The notes below the pieces were generated by a model, which was given only the letters and a program-made list of their open reading frames with translations, was not told where the DNA came from and did not search any database. The position numbers were made by a program, and so were the translations under genes. From sequence record PV419677.1: a stretch of 64,000 nt of DNA. One strand, given 5' to 3'. The stretch is from a phage. Position 1 is the stretch's first letter. Every line of letters begins with the position of its first letter. Below, in pieces: positions 1 to 13,982 of this stretch.

Positions 1-1361
1 AAAAATACGCCTCGGGTATTATGTTACACAAAAATACTGGAGAGCTTATTGGCTATTTTGAATTTGACTATCGTAGACGTGATGAAGTTAGATTAATCTG
101 GAAACCGAAAGAAGTTATGTTCACTGCAGAATTACAGAACCAGGAACATGATATTCCATGGACACCAGATAATGACGAACAAGAGAAAGACCCAGACTTG
201 CGTCCTCTTTTAACAAAGATGGTTCCGGATAGTTATTTGCTCCAGGATAGCAACTTTGAAAAATTCTGTGAATATTATTTGCAGTTTATCAGTGATGGCT
301 CTGGTACCTATTATAACAACCTTTTGAACTTGATTCGCAACCAGTACCCGCGCGAGGAAGATGCATGGGAATACCTTTGGAGCGAAATGTACAAAAGAAA
401 TATATATTTGTCAAAGACCAAGCGTGACGAAGTAGTTCGTTTCTTTGAAGCAAGACAGTCTGATTTTTGGGCCACTAAGGGTACTGAAGCATCCTATAAG
501 TTTTTGTTCAAATTGTTATATAATGAAGACGTTGAAATCGATATTGAATCCAAGAACGGAACCGAGTATGACATAATCGTCGAATCTGATAACATCAGCG
601 AAGATATTGTTGGACAAACAATTTACACACCAACTGGTCGCAGTAACGTTACTTATATGGAACGTGACTACAAACAGGGTAAATTGAGATGGCGTATCAC
701 GATTCATAACTTACTTGGTCGCTTTATTGTTGGGCAAGAAATTAAATCCGAAAGGACTTCCTTTGAAGGTATGATTGTTCAGGGTGTTCGTGGGAAAGAA
801 TTACTTAGCAACAACATCGATTATATCAACCGAAATCGTTCTTACTATGTAATGACCATTAAATCAAGTCTCCCAACATCTCGTTATCGTAATGACGTAT
901 TGCGATTTGTTCATCCGGTTGGATTTGGATTCGTTGGAATTACATTATTGACAATGTTTGTTAATGCTGGTCTGTCATTAAAACATACAGAAACTATTAT
1001 CAATAAACTGAACAACTATCGTTGGTCGTCTGGTATTCCGTCAGAATGGTGCGACCGTATCGCAGTTATTGGGGCCGATGGAAACATTGAGCATAGTCCT
1101 GTTACAGGTGAAGCAGTATATAATATTGCTCCTAATGCAGGTTTACCATTCCCATTACCAGCAGATTACGATGCCGAAAACGATTTTTCGGATTTTCATG
1201 GGACTCTCCCGTCTGAACGTCGTAAAAAATACAGTCCATTGTTTGACCAGTCTGCCGTGACTTTTGCTAACTGGCGCAATTTGGTTAATCAACGTCTTAA
1301 GGATGATATTGGTAATCCACGCGACCCGAAAGACCCCACACAGGTAAAGGTAAATGAATAA
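1..1361 (+). CDS. gp7: Baseplate wedge protein gp7, C-terminal part (gene begins upstream of window)
   Basis: Reading frame open from window start; lies immediately upstream of gp8-gp9-gp10 as in T4. Confidence 0.8.
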   Translation, partial: KYASGIMLHKNTGELIGYFEFDYRRRDEVRLIWKPKEVMFTAELQNQEHDIPWTPDNDEQEKDPDLRPLLTKMVPDSYLLQDSNFEKFCEYYLQFISDGSGTYYNNLLNLIRNQYPREEDAWEYLWSEMYKRNIYLSKTKRDEVVRFFEARQSDFWATKGTEASYKFLFKLLYNEDVEIDIESKNGTEYDIIVESDNISEDIVGQTIYTPTGRSNVTYMERDYKQGKLRWRITIHNLLGRFIVGQEIKSERTSFEGMIVQGVRGKELLSNNIDYINRNRSYYVMTIKSSLPTSRYRNDVLRFVHPVGFGFVGITLLTMFVNAGLSLKHTETIINKLNNYRWSSGIPSEWCDRIAVIGADGNIEHSPVTGEAVYNIAPNAGLPFPLPADYDAENDFSDFHGTLPSERRKKYSPLFDQSAVTFANWRNLVNQRLKDDIGNPRDPKDPTQVKVNE

Positions 1362-2358
1362 TTCATCTGTAGTTTATCGTTCGATAATTACCTCGAAATT
1401 TCGAACTGAAAAAATGTATAACTTTTATAAAATGATTGGTAATGAGCCCGACCAGAATACGATGTATGTAACATTCGGTCGTGCTGAACCCTGGGCTTCG
1501 AATGAGAATGACCCGGGGTTCGCCCCTCCTTATCCGGTTGATACAGCACAAGGTGTTGAAGATACTTGGACCAATATGATGGGGGCAGTCAAAGTTTATA
1601 AATCAATGCTTGATTGTGTTGTCCCACGTAAAGACTGGGGCGATATCAGATATCCTAATCCGCTTAACTTCCAGGTAGGGGAAATTGTTGTAGCTAACAG
1701 TGCTCCATATAACCGAACTGATGTTGGTAAAGGTTGGATGGTTTATCGTTGTGTAGATGTTCCTGATGTTGGGACTTGCTCCATTTATTCCATTATCAAT
1801 AAAGAAGAGTGCTTAAAACTCGGTGGTAAATGGACGGCGGAATATAACTCGACGAGAGCTCCAGCAGGGACTGGCGACACTGAAGGACGAGTTGATATGG
1901 GCGATGGTTATCTCTGGGAATATTTGTATGAGATTCCGCCTGATGTATCCATCAACCGTTGTACTAACGAATATATTGTTGTTCCATGGCCTGAAGAAAT
2001 CGAAGAAGACCCGTCACGCTGGGGTTACAAAGATAATATCAGCTGGCAACAAGATGATTTCGGTTTAATATATAGAATCAAAGGATATACAATCAGATTT
2101 AAAGCATTTATGGATTCCATTTACTTCCCAGAATTCAGTCTCCCGGGAAACAAAGGCTTCCGACAGCTGTCGATTATATCCAACCCACTTGAAGTTAAAG
2201 TACATCCTAATGACCCAAATATCAAAGCAATCAAAGAATACTACGATGCAATTGATTTGGACCGTCATTCTGGGGAAATGATTTATATGGAAAACCGCCC
2301 ACCAATTATTCGTGCAATGGACCAGACAGAAGAAGTTAACATTATTTTTGAATTCTAA
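1354..2358 (+). CDS. gp8: Baseplate wedge protein gp8
   Basis: 334 aa, same length as T4 gp8; translation aligns with remembered T4 gp8 over its length (e.g. ...RCTNEYIVVPWPEE...); followed by hairpin terminator. Confidence 0.9.
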   Translation: MNNSSVVYRSIITSKFRTEKMYNFYKMIGNEPDQNTMYVTFGRAEPWASNENDPGFAPPYPVDTAQGVEDTWTNMMGAVKVYKSMLDCVVPRKDWGDIRYPNPLNFQVGEIVVANSAPYNRTDVGKGWMVYRCVDVPDVGTCSIYSIINKEECLKLGGKWTAEYNSTRAPAGTGDTEGRVDMGDGYLWEYLYEIPPDVSINRCTNEYIVVPWPEEIEEDPSRWGYKDNISWQQDDFGLIYRIKGYTIRFKAFMDSIYFPEFSLPGNKGFRQLSIISNPLEVKVHPNDPNIKAIKEYYDAIDLDRHSGEMIYMENRPPIIRAMDQTEEVNIIFEF

Positions 2359-2360
2359 CT

Positions 2361-2385
2361 AGGGACCTTCGGGTCCCTTTTTTAT
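2361..2385 (+). terminator. Rho-independent terminator after gene 8
   Basis: AGGGACCTTCGGGTCCC followed by TTTTTT. Confidence 0.7.
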
Positions 2386-2387
2386 TC

Positions 2388-2395
2388 TATAAATA
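2388..2395 (+). promoter_or_regulatory. T4-type late promoter TATAAATA (gene 9)
   Basis: Exact TATAAATA about 28 nt upstream of gp9 ATG. Confidence 0.6.
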
Positions 2396-2422
2396 TAGCT
2401 ATATCAATAACGAGGCTTACCT

Positions 2423-3292
2423 ATGATTAATCAAACCCCAAAATTATTAGTAGACATCGGCGAGATTGGTAACGCCAGCACCGGTGATATTCTATATGAA
2501 GGCGGTCGTAAACTGAACGTGGATTTAGACAGTTTGTATAATACATTTGGCGACCAGCGTCTATACTCCGTGAACAATGGAGAAAACACCCAGGTCCTTC
2601 ATGCGACTGGATACTATCAAAAAGCTACAAATATCATCGAATGGAACTCAACTGTTGCTCTCGGTTCTATGCGTGATGTCAATACTGCCGAAGGTGTTAT
2701 CACCGCAAGAATTGCAAAAGGTAAAGCAGGCGAAGGTGTTATCTTTATTAACTCCAATGGTTCATTATCCACCTCGATGCCTCTGGAAGTTGAACTACAA
2801 GGCACGGATTCATTCCTGACCGCTGCAACGAACAAAATGAAATTTACTCAGCCTTATACAAAAATTACATTGTGGTGTATTGACGATGCTAACGGCGTAG
2901 GGACCTGGGACTACAAAATTGAAAGTATGTTTGGTAACCAATCTGTATTGCTCGACAAAACATACAATATGAGCTCGGTTGTTCGTGATATTCCAATCGC
3001 TTACCGCGCAGATTATAAAACTATCAAATTGATGCTTACGGCTATTTCAACAGACGAAACTAAATACAAAGCATCAGAAATGTTACTTTACATCGACCTT
3101 AAGGACCGCAAGGTATATAGCACAGAATACGCTGTAATCAGACGTGGACAAGCTAACGACGATGATGAGATATATGCCATCGATTTTAGAATTGATAACC
3201 AGGACATCATACAGGCGGCTATAAGCTCACCCACTGCCATGAAGCTCGCTATTAAAGTAATTTCCGCCCAAACAATCGGAGTACCGGTATAA
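2423..3292 (+). CDS. gp9: Baseplate wedge protein gp9 (long tail fibre socket)
   Basis: 289 aa (T4 288); conserved N-terminus ...DIGEIGNASTGDIL...; TATAAATA late promoter upstream. Confidence 0.9.
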   Translation: MINQTPKLLVDIGEIGNASTGDILYEGGRKLNVDLDSLYNTFGDQRLYSVNNGENTQVLHATGYYQKATNIIEWNSTVALGSMRDVNTAEGVITARIAKGKAGEGVIFINSNGSLSTSMPLEVELQGTDSFLTAATNKMKFTQPYTKITLWCIDDANGVGTWDYKIESMFGNQSVLLDKTYNMSSVVRDIPIAYRADYKTIKLMLTAISTDETKYKASEMLLYIDLKDRKVYSTEYAVIRRGQANDDDEIYAIDFRIDNQDIIQAAISSPTAMKLAIKVISAQTIGVPV

Positions 3293-5103
3293 TGAAACAG
3301 AATTTAAAAATTGGCAATATGGTTGATGATGGTACTGGTGATTACCTTCGTCTCGGCGGTCAAAAAATAAATAATAACTTTGATGACCTTTATTATCAGC
3401 TAGGGGACGGTGAAAATCCCCATGCAGCTGGTGCATGGAAAACTTGGACTACGCAAGAAGGCACCGAGTTGTCCGCTGTTATGGGTCGAAGCTATACCAT
3501 CGATACATCAGCCGGCGCAGTTCGAGTTATCCTTCCAAAAGGAACAACTCAAGAATACAATTATGTAATTCGCTTGCGTGATGTGTTTGCTACCTGGCAA
3601 ATCAACCCGGTGACAATTGTTCCTGCAGTTGGGGATACGATTAAAGGCTCACCGAATCCAGTAGAAATTAAACGCAACTTAGCTGACCTTGAACTTGTAT
3701 ATTGTTCACCAGGTCGTTGGGAATATATCGATAATAAACAAGTCGATAAAATTTCAAATAACGACGTTGCCACAGTTGCATCCCAACAGTTTATTGCCAC
3801 CGAAGGACAAACTGACTTTATCAATGTGTTTGGTGCTATTCCATATAGCATATCGAACTTAGAAGTCAAACATCGTGGTAACGACCTGTTTTATGGTAAA
3901 GATGATATTTTCGACCCGGTGAATGCTGAATTTGGTTCCCCTGGTGCAAACCCTGGTGAAATCGTTGCGCTTGATGGTAAAAGCATCCGTCTGAAAATGC
4001 CATGTGCTGAAGGTGATACTGTTATCATCCGAACATTTAATGATGGTATTGCTCAATGGCGTAGTTCGTATAATCGTCGTGATATACTTGTTCGTAGTCA
4101 AGACAGGACCAAAGAAACAACAATTAATGGCTCTTTGATTGTTACGGATTTGACAACCAAACACACCTTTACAATTGAAGAACTTGGTATTTCTCCGGGT
4201 AGCCCAATTAACCCAAACGCATGTCAGGTATTCATTAACAGTATTTTACAACACCAAGCCGGGACCGCAGGAACTCCAGTATTTTATTGCGAAGGTGCAC
4301 AAGGTTCTACTGCTGCAGAATGTAGTGCAAATGGTGGTAGCTGGTCTGAATCAAACCAGGATTATTTGCTGCAATTTGATGATGATAACCGTATCGAAGG
4401 CATTAGCATTTACCGTGAATTTGAAGACGGTGATATTCTGTCGGTCATTTGGTACAATAACGATATCGGCACAACTATGACCATGGATGAAATCCGTGAT
4501 GAGACTGATACTCTTTATGTTTCTCAGGGAAATACGTTGAGCCTAACCGGTCGTGTGCGTATTACAGATTTTGATAATCCGTTTGCACCAAACGTTGAAC
4601 CAGTCGGTCTTCAGGAAGTTGTTCCATCTTCTGTTGGCGCTATCTTTGAATTATTCTATCCGGTCGGTACAATTTACGAAAATACGGTTAACCCAAATAA
4701 CCCGGTTACTTATATGGGATTTGGTTCATGGAAACGTTTGAAAGAACGTGTAATTGTTGCCTGGTCAGACGACCCTGCCTCAAACTTCCATACAAACAAT
4801 AATGACCTGGATTCTGGTGGTAACCCACAAGCGACAGCAGGTGGTACAGGTGGTAGCGTTGAAGTTCATATTAAAGATATAAACGTACCTAAACTTGAAA
4901 CTGATGAGAAGGTTTTAGTTGTTGATGATAATGGTCCGATTGTTGTCGGTGGTTGTCAGGTAGACCCAGATGCACAAGGTCCAGCCTATACCAAATACAG
5001 AGAAGACAAAGCCACCATTAATCAGGCGCAAGACCCTCAAGCTCAACCAGTTTATACAATGCCTCCATATTTGATTGCTCATCGCTGGGTAAGGATTGCT
5101 TAA
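3292..5103 (+). CDS. gp10: Baseplate wedge/short tail fibre attachment protein gp10
   Basis: 603 aa (T4 602); position between gp9 and gp11; ATG overlaps gp9 stop. Confidence 0.85.
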   Translation: MKQNLKIGNMVDDGTGDYLRLGGQKINNNFDDLYYQLGDGENPHAAGAWKTWTTQEGTELSAVMGRSYTIDTSAGAVRVILPKGTTQEYNYVIRLRDVFATWQINPVTIVPAVGDTIKGSPNPVEIKRNLADLELVYCSPGRWEYIDNKQVDKISNNDVATVASQQFIATEGQTDFINVFGAIPYSISNLEVKHRGNDLFYGKDDIFDPVNAEFGSPGANPGEIVALDGKSIRLKMPCAEGDTVIIRTFNDGIAQWRSSYNRRDILVRSQDRTKETTINGSLIVTDLTTKHTFTIEELGISPGSPINPNACQVFINSILQHQAGTAGTPVFYCEGAQGSTAAECSANGGSWSESNQDYLLQFDDDNRIEGISIYREFEDGDILSVIWYNNDIGTTMTMDEIRDETDTLYVSQGNTLSLTGRVRITDFDNPFAPNVEPVGLQEVVPSSVGAIFELFYPVGTIYENTVNPNNPVTYMGFGSWKRLKERVIVAWSDDPASNFHTNNNDLDSGGNPQATAGGTGGSVEVHIKDINVPKLETDEKVLVVDDNGPIVVGGCQVDPDAQGPAYTKYREDKATINQAQDPQAQPVYTMPPYLIAHRWVRIA

Positions 5104-5768
5104 TGAAAACATTAACGAATAAAAAGGCTGGAGTAATTTCCCGCCTTGCTAGTTGCTTAGAATTTCAAAATACATCAAAAAATATTACGGCTGTCATGGG
5201 TCAACGAGCAATCGGCGGCCCATCTGCAACACAAACAACCGAGGGTATTTTTTATCCAACAGTTCAGAGCGCAATAGATGATATTGCGTTTCGATATGAG
5301 CTTCCGGTTGGCAGTGTAATTACTAATACGAATAACCTTTCTCCTGCGGCAATCAGTCAGTCGGATAAAATTAAATTTACCGGGTCTATTTCTGGTGCTG
5401 GAGTTGGTGATACTGTTTTATTTTTCATTTTTGGTATTCCAGTTGAGGTTATTGTCGGGGATTCGGCTGTATTAGTTGCTTCCAAGGTTAACGATGCTTT
5501 GCTGGCGGCTGTTGCTGATAGTTTAATTGTATCAAGCTCTGCAATTGATAGTGTAGACCAGTCTATATTAAATATTACATATAACGACTATCAAAACCAT
5601 AATTTTGCACCTTTTACTCAATATGGTTGTACGCTTAGCCAGACTATTATACAGCAACCGCGCGGTGGTTATGGTTCCTGGGAATATCTTGGAACTTCAA
5701 CCCAGACATTATCAGGTGGCACAGCAGATGGCGCAATTTCACTTTACCATTATAAGCGAGTATCGTAA
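5103..5768 (+). CDS. gp11: Baseplate wedge protein gp11
   Basis: 221 aa (T4 219); synteny 10-11-12. Confidence 0.85.
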   Translation: MKTLTNKKAGVISRLASCLEFQNTSKNITAVMGQRAIGGPSATQTTEGIFYPTVQSAIDDIAFRYELPVGSVITNTNNLSPAAISQSDKIKFTGSISGAGVGDTVLFFIFGIPVEVIVGDSAVLVASKVNDALLAAVADSLIVSSSAIDSVDQSILNITYNDYQNHNFAPFTQYGCTLSQTIIQQPRGGYGSWEYLGTSTQTLSGGTADGAISLYHYKRVS

Positions 5769-7318
5769 TGACAACGACTAACACGCTAAAACACATTAGC
5801 GATAAATCCGAATATAAAACATTCGACCCGACGGGAACAGCTTTCCCGTCGACTGTTACCAACGTACAAGAGGCTTTAGGGTCTCTTAATAAAATTGCGT
5901 TAGATGGATATATCCCAGCCTCATCCGAAACGACCGCAGGACTCATCAGGCTAGCCACCACACAAGAAGTTATTGATGGTATTAGTCCAGACTCTGCAGT
6001 TACTCCAGCGACCTTAAAAGCTCGTTTAGACATTCCTACGCAAGCTACAGAAACTTATGTAGGTATTACCCGTTATGCAACCAATGCCGAAGCAATTGCC
6101 GGGACAGTAACCGATGCAGCTATTGTTCCATCTTCATTAAAAGCAACAATTGATAATGTTTTTACTGTTCGTGTTGGTACTGAAAATAACCTGGGTGTTC
6201 TTCGTATTAGTACCGAGGATGCAGCTTTAGCTGGCACAGATGACACAACCGCTATGTCTCCGTTGAAAGTTGCTCTGGCAATTGGCAAAGCAACAGCGGC
6301 GCTTCCAACTTATTCAACTGCCACACAAACTGTTTCTGGTTTAGTACGAATTGCTACAAATGCTGAAGTGCAAGCAGGAACCCTGGGTGACGGTGTAGCA
6401 ATTTCTCCAGCAGGTTTAAATGCTCGTACAGCAACACAAGACCGCGCTGGGATTATTCGTCTTGGTAATCAGTCAGAGATTAATAACAGTGCTGATGGTG
6501 TTGCGGTAACTGGCGCAACTCTTAATGGTCGTGGAGCCACAACCGATAATCGCGGCGTCGTTAGATTAACTACTCAGGCTGGGGTTGCTCCTGGTGGTGA
6601 TGGTGCCGGTGCACTGGCTTGGAATGCTGATGTAATCAACACTCGCGGTGGTCAACGAATTAATGGAAGTCTTTCTTTAGATTATATTTCCACCGGCAAT
6701 TTTGATTCCAATACAGCTCATATGGGCGGTCAATTACTTTCTACACAGCGTTATGCTTCTGAACGGGTTCCAGTTGGAACGGTGATGATGTTCGCAGGTG
6801 ATAGTGCTCCTCCTGGCTGGATTATGTGTCACGGCGGCACCGTTAATGGGGACCAATTCCCCGACTATCGAAATACTGTTGGAACTCGTTTCGGTGGCGA
6901 TTGGACCAACGTCGGTATTCCTGATATGCGTGGTTTGTTTGTTCGTGGTGCTGGTACCGGTGGACATATTCTGAATAACCGCGGTCAAGATGGTTATGGC
7001 AAAGACCGTTTGGGTGTTGGTTGTGATGGTTCATGGGTCGGTGGTGTACAAGCTCAGCAAATGTCATATCATAAACACGCGGGTGGTTGGGGTGAATACC
7101 AACGTAACGAAGCTCCATTTGGTGCATCAGTTTATCAAGGTTATCTGGGTACAAGAAAATATGCAGACTGGGATAACGCTTCATATTTTACTAACGATGG
7201 ATTTGAACTCGGTGGCGGCAGAGATGCTTTAGGTACGTTAAACCGTGAAGGTCTTATTGGTTATGAAACTCGCCCATGGAATATGTCTTTAAACTATATT
7301 ATCAAAATTCATTACTAA
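5768..7318 (+). CDS. gp12: Short tail fibre protein gp12
   Basis: 516 aa; aligns with remembered T4 gp12 (e.g. ...GVVRLTTQAG..., ...QQMSYHKHAGG...). Confidence 0.9.
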   Translation: MTTTNTLKHISDKSEYKTFDPTGTAFPSTVTNVQEALGSLNKIALDGYIPASSETTAGLIRLATTQEVIDGISPDSAVTPATLKARLDIPTQATETYVGITRYATNAEAIAGTVTDAAIVPSSLKATIDNVFTVRVGTENNLGVLRISTEDAALAGTDDTTAMSPLKVALAIGKATAALPTYSTATQTVSGLVRIATNAEVQAGTLGDGVAISPAGLNARTATQDRAGIIRLGNQSEINNSADGVAVTGATLNGRGATTDNRGVVRLTTQAGVAPGGDGAGALAWNADVINTRGGQRINGSLSLDYISTGNFDSNTAHMGGQLLSTQRYASERVPVGTVMMFAGDSAPPGWIMCHGGTVNGDQFPDYRNTVGTRFGGDWTNVGIPDMRGLFVRGAGTGGHILNNRGQDGYGKDRLGVGCDGSWVGGVQAQQMSYHKHAGGWGEYQRNEAPFGASVYQGYLGTRKYADWDNASYFTNDGFELGGGRDALGTLNREGLIGYETRPWNMSLNYIIKIHY

Positions 7319-7326
7319 GGACCAAA

Positions 7327-8952
7327 ATGATTAATAAACTCAGTCTCAAAGAACTGCCGTATAGCATCGGTATTCCAGACGAAGGTCAACAGAGAATTCG
7401 TTGGATACAAAACGGCGATTGTATGACTGCGGCCAGTACCAAATATGGTCATGATGGTAATTTGAACGCCGCTGCAGTTGGCGTTCAAACAAACGTAGAT
7501 ACACTCGACGACAACTCAAATGCATCTAAAGAAAAAATAAACGAAATTATTGATAACGTCAATAATATTCAGGAAGCTTTGAATATAACAACTAACACGG
7601 AAGTTGTTAAACAAATTGAAAAAAACCGTACAGATATTCTTGACCTTGATGAACGTCAATTTAATACCGAATTGTTATCAAGCGAAACATCTGAAGACCT
7701 TAAAAAGTTAAAAGAAGATGTTGGTGTTTATGACCCGTTAACCGATTCATATTATCGCACAGTTCGTAATGACCTCGTATGGATTAAAAATGAATTAGGC
7801 CAGTATGTTGACCAAGATATAAATGGTCTCCAGGTTATCGGCAATCCGTCAAAAGGCATGAAACGCCGCATCATCGATAACAGTTCGGCTATTGTTGCTC
7901 ATGGAGTTCGTATTAAGACTCTTGAAGATAACTATCATGATTCTGATGTTGGTTCTCTTAACGTAAAAGTAATTAAAATTCGTGAAGAATTAGGTGAGTC
8001 TACTTTAGCAACAGGTAAACCGGCTGTATTTGTTCGACTGAATACTCTTGATGGTAAAGCAGTTGAAATTGACGAAGATATTGCCAACATTCAAGAAGCT
8101 ATTGGTTTTGGTACCGGACTTGCAATTACAACTCGCGTTGAAAATCTTGGTGGACGTGTTTCGGTCAATGAAACAGATATTGCGGATATCAAACCAAGAC
8201 TTGCTAAGGTTGAAGCTGATATCGGCACCGCTCTGGAACCGTTAACAATTAATGGTCGAATCAGTGCTTTGCGTTCGGATGTTAATGGCTTACAGGTTGT
8301 TGTTGGCCAGGATTCAAGCTCTGGTTTACGTGGTACCACTGCATGGCTTTCTCAGAGAATCGGTACAGAGCAATCTCCGGAGCCAAACACTATCACGTAT
8401 AAGTTGAATGCGACCACTACACTGGCTAACGAAACTGCATCAGGCCTTCAGGATGTACAGGCCGAAATCGGTACAAATAACACTGGTATGAAAGGCTCTA
8501 TTTTGACTTTAACTAGCCAGATGAATGGTACAAACCCTAACGGTGCTACCGTGGCTGAACGTGGTGTTCTTCCAGTTGTAATTAACTTGGATATGCTGAT
8601 GGCGTCCAAGCTGAACGACGCACCATTGGACAATAAGTTATATGGTCGCAAGCAAGGAAACTGGACTGAAATTATCGATACCAGAACCGAGATTGATGCA
8701 ATTAAACTCGATACTGCAAAAATTGCACCATTAACCACTCGCGTGACAACCCTTGAAGGTACAGTAACTCCGCTCCCTGGTCGCCTGGATGCGGCCGAGG
8801 CGAAGATAACTACTTTAGAAGGTAAAGTATCAGCCTTAGAAACAGAGCTCGCCAAAAGGCCTCCTGTCGCTCCTGCAGCTGATGGTCTCCCTTATGTGCT
8901 CGTTGATAATGCATGGGTTCTTTTGTCTACATTCGTGACTGTTGGACCATAA
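7327..8952 (+). CDS. wac: Fibritin (whisker antigen control), coiled-coil with C-terminal foldon
   Basis: Start trimmed to ATG 7327 with RBS TAAGGA; heptad-rich sequence; C-terminal foldon-like ...YVLVDNAWVLLSTFV... Confidence 0.85.
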   Translation: MINKLSLKELPYSIGIPDEGQQRIRWIQNGDCMTAASTKYGHDGNLNAAAVGVQTNVDTLDDNSNASKEKINEIIDNVNNIQEALNITTNTEVVKQIEKNRTDILDLDERQFNTELLSSETSEDLKKLKEDVGVYDPLTDSYYRTVRNDLVWIKNELGQYVDQDINGLQVIGNPSKGMKRRIIDNSSAIVAHGVRIKTLEDNYHDSDVGSLNVKVIKIREELGESTLATGKPAVFVRLNTLDGKAVEIDEDIANIQEAIGFGTGLAITTRVENLGGRVSVNETDIADIKPRLAKVEADIGTALEPLTINGRISALRSDVNGLQVVVGQDSSSGLRGTTAWLSQRIGTEQSPEPNTITYKLNATTTLANETASGLQDVQAEIGTNNTGMKGSILTLTSQMNGTNPNGATVAERGVLPVVINLDMLMASKLNDAPLDNKLYGRKQGNWTEIIDTRTEIDAIKLDTAKIAPLTTRVTTLEGTVTPLPGRLDAAEAKITTLEGKVSALETELAKRPPVAPAADGLPYVLVDNAWVLLSTFVTVGP

Positions 8953-8954
8953 CA

Positions 8955-8976
8955 AAAGGGCTTCGGCCCTTTTTTC
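8955..8976 (+). terminator. Rho-independent terminator after wac
   Basis: AAAGGGCTTCGGCCCTTTTTT. Confidence 0.7.
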
Positions 8977-8977
8977 G

Positions 8978-8985
8978 TATAAATA
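8978..8985 (+). promoter_or_regulatory. T4-type late promoter TATAAATA (gene 13)
   Basis: Exact TATAAATA followed by AAAGAGGA RBS. Confidence 0.65.
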
Positions 8986-9003
8986 CAGTAAAGAGGAAAA
9001 CAT

Positions 9004-9942
9004 ATGGCAACTGAATCATACAACCCGAAACAATTAAAAGATGCAATCCTTCGACGTCTTGGTGCTCCAATTACGAATATCGAAGTTACGACCGAACAGG
9101 TCTATGATTGCATCCAGCGTGCATTAGAATTATATGGCGAATATCATTATAATGGTTATAACAAAGGTTATCAGGCTTTTTATATCGGTCATGATGACGT
9201 TTCACAACAGAAATTTCGCGATGGTGTTTTCGATTTAAAAGGCCGTAATATTTTTGCAGTAACGCAGATTATTCGTACTAACGTCGGTTCATTAACTTCG
9301 ATGGATGGTCAAGCTACATATCCATGGTTCACAGATTTTGTTCTGGGACTGGCCGGGATTAACGGTGGAATGGGTAGCTCATGTAACAGCTTTGGTCCAA
9401 ATGCTTTTGGTGCAGACCTTGGTTATTTTACACAGCTTATGCAATATCGTTCAATGATGCAAGACCTGATGGTTCCGCTTCCGGATTACTGGTATAATGA
9501 CGATACTGAACAACTTAAAATTATGGGCAACTTCCGTCAGGGAGATGTGATTGTAATTGAAGTTTATACCAAATCGTATAACGGCGTGGATTCAATGGTA
9601 GGTAATACAGCTGGATATGGTTTTGCTTCGGCCGATTGTGATAATCCGTGGAATGCTGGCGCACAGTGGGATAACCCGGCACGCAGAATAAGCGGCATGA
9701 GAGCAGGTGAGGACCTTGGACTTCAAGATGGCGCATACAACAACCGTTGGGTGAAAGACTATGCCACGGCGCTCGTTAAGGAAGTTAACGGCAACGTATT
9801 GGCTAAACACCAGGGGATGATGATGCCAGGTGGTACCACGGTTGATGGTGTTCGTTTAATTGAAGAAGCTCGTATGGAAAAAGAACGTCTCCGCGAAGAA
9901 CTTGACCTGCTGGATGCACCGACTCCTATATTGGTGGGCTAA
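9004..9942 (+). CDS. gp13: Neck protein gp13
   Basis: 312 aa (T4 309); late promoter TATAAATA at 8978; synteny wac-13-14. Confidence 0.85.
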   Translation: MATESYNPKQLKDAILRRLGAPITNIEVTTEQVYDCIQRALELYGEYHYNGYNKGYQAFYIGHDDVSQQKFRDGVFDLKGRNIFAVTQIIRTNVGSLTSMDGQATYPWFTDFVLGLAGINGGMGSSCNSFGPNAFGADLGYFTQLMQYRSMMQDLMVPLPDYWYNDDTEQLKIMGNFRQGDVIVIEVYTKSYNGVDSMVGNTAGYGFASADCDNPWNAGAQWDNPARRISGMRAGEDLGLQDGAYNNRWVKDYATALVKEVNGNVLAKHQGMMMPGGTTVDGVRLIEEARMEKERLREELDLLDAPTPILVG

Positions 9943-10727
9943 TGGCTACTTATGACGCAAGATTATTCGCCCGGCTCGAAGACGGGACCGGGTATGACAA
10001 TACCAATGCTACAGAGATATTGAACCCTTATGTAAACTTTATGCATCATGAAAATACTCAGACTTTAGCCGATGCTATTGTTGCTGAAAGTATTCAAATG
10101 CGCGGAATGTCTCTTTATTATATCCCAAGACAATTCGTTAAACCGGATTTATTATTCGGTGAAGACCTCCAGAGTAAATTTGATAAAGCATGGAAATTTG
10201 CTGGATATCTGGATACGTTCGATGCATATCAGGGTGATGGTTCTATCTTTAGTAAATTCGGTATGACTGTGAACGATGAAATTACAATATCCATTAACCC
10301 TAATCTGTTTAAACACCAATGTAACGGAACTGAACCTATTGCCGGGGATTTGATTTATTTCCCTCTTGATAACAGCCTGTTCGAAATTACATGGGTGCAA
10401 CCTTATGACCCATTCTATCAGGTAGGTCAAAATGCTATCCGTAAAATCACCGCGAGCAAATACATTTACTCCGGAGAAGAGCTTAAACCCGAATTGCAAC
10501 GGAATGAAGGTATTAATATTCCAGAATTCAGTGAGCTCGATTTACAACCAATCCACAATATCGATGGTCTTACAGATATCAGCGATATCCCTTATGCTGA
10601 ATCCAATGAGATTAACGCAGAAGCAGCTGAATATGTTAAACCATATTTTGTGCAGAATGGTCGTGGACTTGAGGCTCCTCCGAAGGCAAAACAGGATAGC
10701 TTTGACGATAGTTTCTTTGATGAATAA
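9942..10727 (+). CDS. gp14: Neck protein gp14
   Basis: 261 aa (T4 256); ATG overlaps gp13 stop. Confidence 0.8.
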   Translation: MATYDARLFARLEDGTGYDNTNATEILNPYVNFMHHENTQTLADAIVAESIQMRGMSLYYIPRQFVKPDLLFGEDLQSKFDKAWKFAGYLDTFDAYQGDGSIFSKFGMTVNDEITISINPNLFKHQCNGTEPIAGDLIYFPLDNSLFEITWVQPYDPFYQVGQNAIRKITASKYIYSGEELKPELQRNEGINIPEFSELDLQPIHNIDGLTDISDIPYAESNEINAEAAEYVKPYFVQNGRGLEAPPKAKQDSFDDSFFDE

Positions 10728-10770
10728 ATACATTTATTAATGCGCCCGAACTGGGCGCCTGGAGGTTACT

Positions 10771-11642
10771 TTGTTTGGGCATTTTTATAATTCGTCTCTG
10801 CGTCGCTATATCGTTTTAATGGGCGATTTATTTTCCCATGTACAAGTGGCCAGAACCAGAGAAGACACTGGACTTAAATATATTAAGGTCCCTATTTCTT
10901 ATGCTTCAAAAGAAAAATTCATGATGCAGCTTGGAAAATGGACCGCTATTCAGAATACACCGACTCCTGACATGTCACCACAAGAACGTGCTGCTCAGAA
11001 GGCTAAAATCGAGACCGTATTGCCCCGTATGAACCTGCATATGGTTGACTTGATGTATAACGGGCAATATAAAACGGCTCTCCAGAATCACACACAGGCG
11101 CGATTTGCTAATAACGACCCCCGCAAGCAGATATCTCAATATTCTCCTGTACCGGTCAAAATGATTTTCGAGCTTGGAATATATACAAGGCATCAAGATG
11201 ATATGTTCCAGATTATCGAACAAATCATGCCTTACTTCCAGCCACATTTTAATACAACTATCACAGAACTTTATACGAATGAAATTACGTTCGAACGTGA
11301 TATAAGAATCGTATTGCAGTCCATAGCAATGGATGAGCAAATTGAAGGTGATGCAATGACTCGTCGTAGACTCGAATGGTCCATTATGTTCGAAGTTAAC
11401 GGTTGGTTATATCCACCGGTCAAGGAAGTAGCCGGGGAAATCCGTACTATCTATCTTGACTTCTTTGCAAATTCCAGAGAGCTTGCACCGGAAGGTAATT
11501 TCGAATCTGTTGACTCGGAAGCCGTTCCACGAGACGTCGACCAAGAAGACTGGCAAGGCGAATCTGTTCAAACCTATTCGCAGGATATTCCTGTACCGGT
11601 TGACCCAGCACCTCCAGCTCCAAGAAAAAATAGGGTACCATT

Positions 11643-11646
<4 letters not shown>
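10771..11646 (+). CDS. gp15: Tail sheath stabiliser/terminator gp15 (TTG start)
   Basis: Translation matches T4 gp15 N-terminus (MFG.FYNSS.RRY..LMGDLFS); initiates at TTG 10771 preceded by GGAGG with 5-nt spacer. Confidence 0.85.
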
Positions 11647-13953
<2,307 letters not shown>

Positions 13954-13982
13954 AAGTAAAGCAAACTATTAGAGGACTCAAA

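Noticed and set aside
7276-7326. N-terminal extensions of track ORFs (wac 7276, gp19 16780, uvsW 29315, alc-like 54174, and others)
   Set aside because: Extensions lack an RBS, overlap upstream promoters or stops, and are not supported by alignment with T4 homolog N-termini; starts were moved to the RBS-supported codon.
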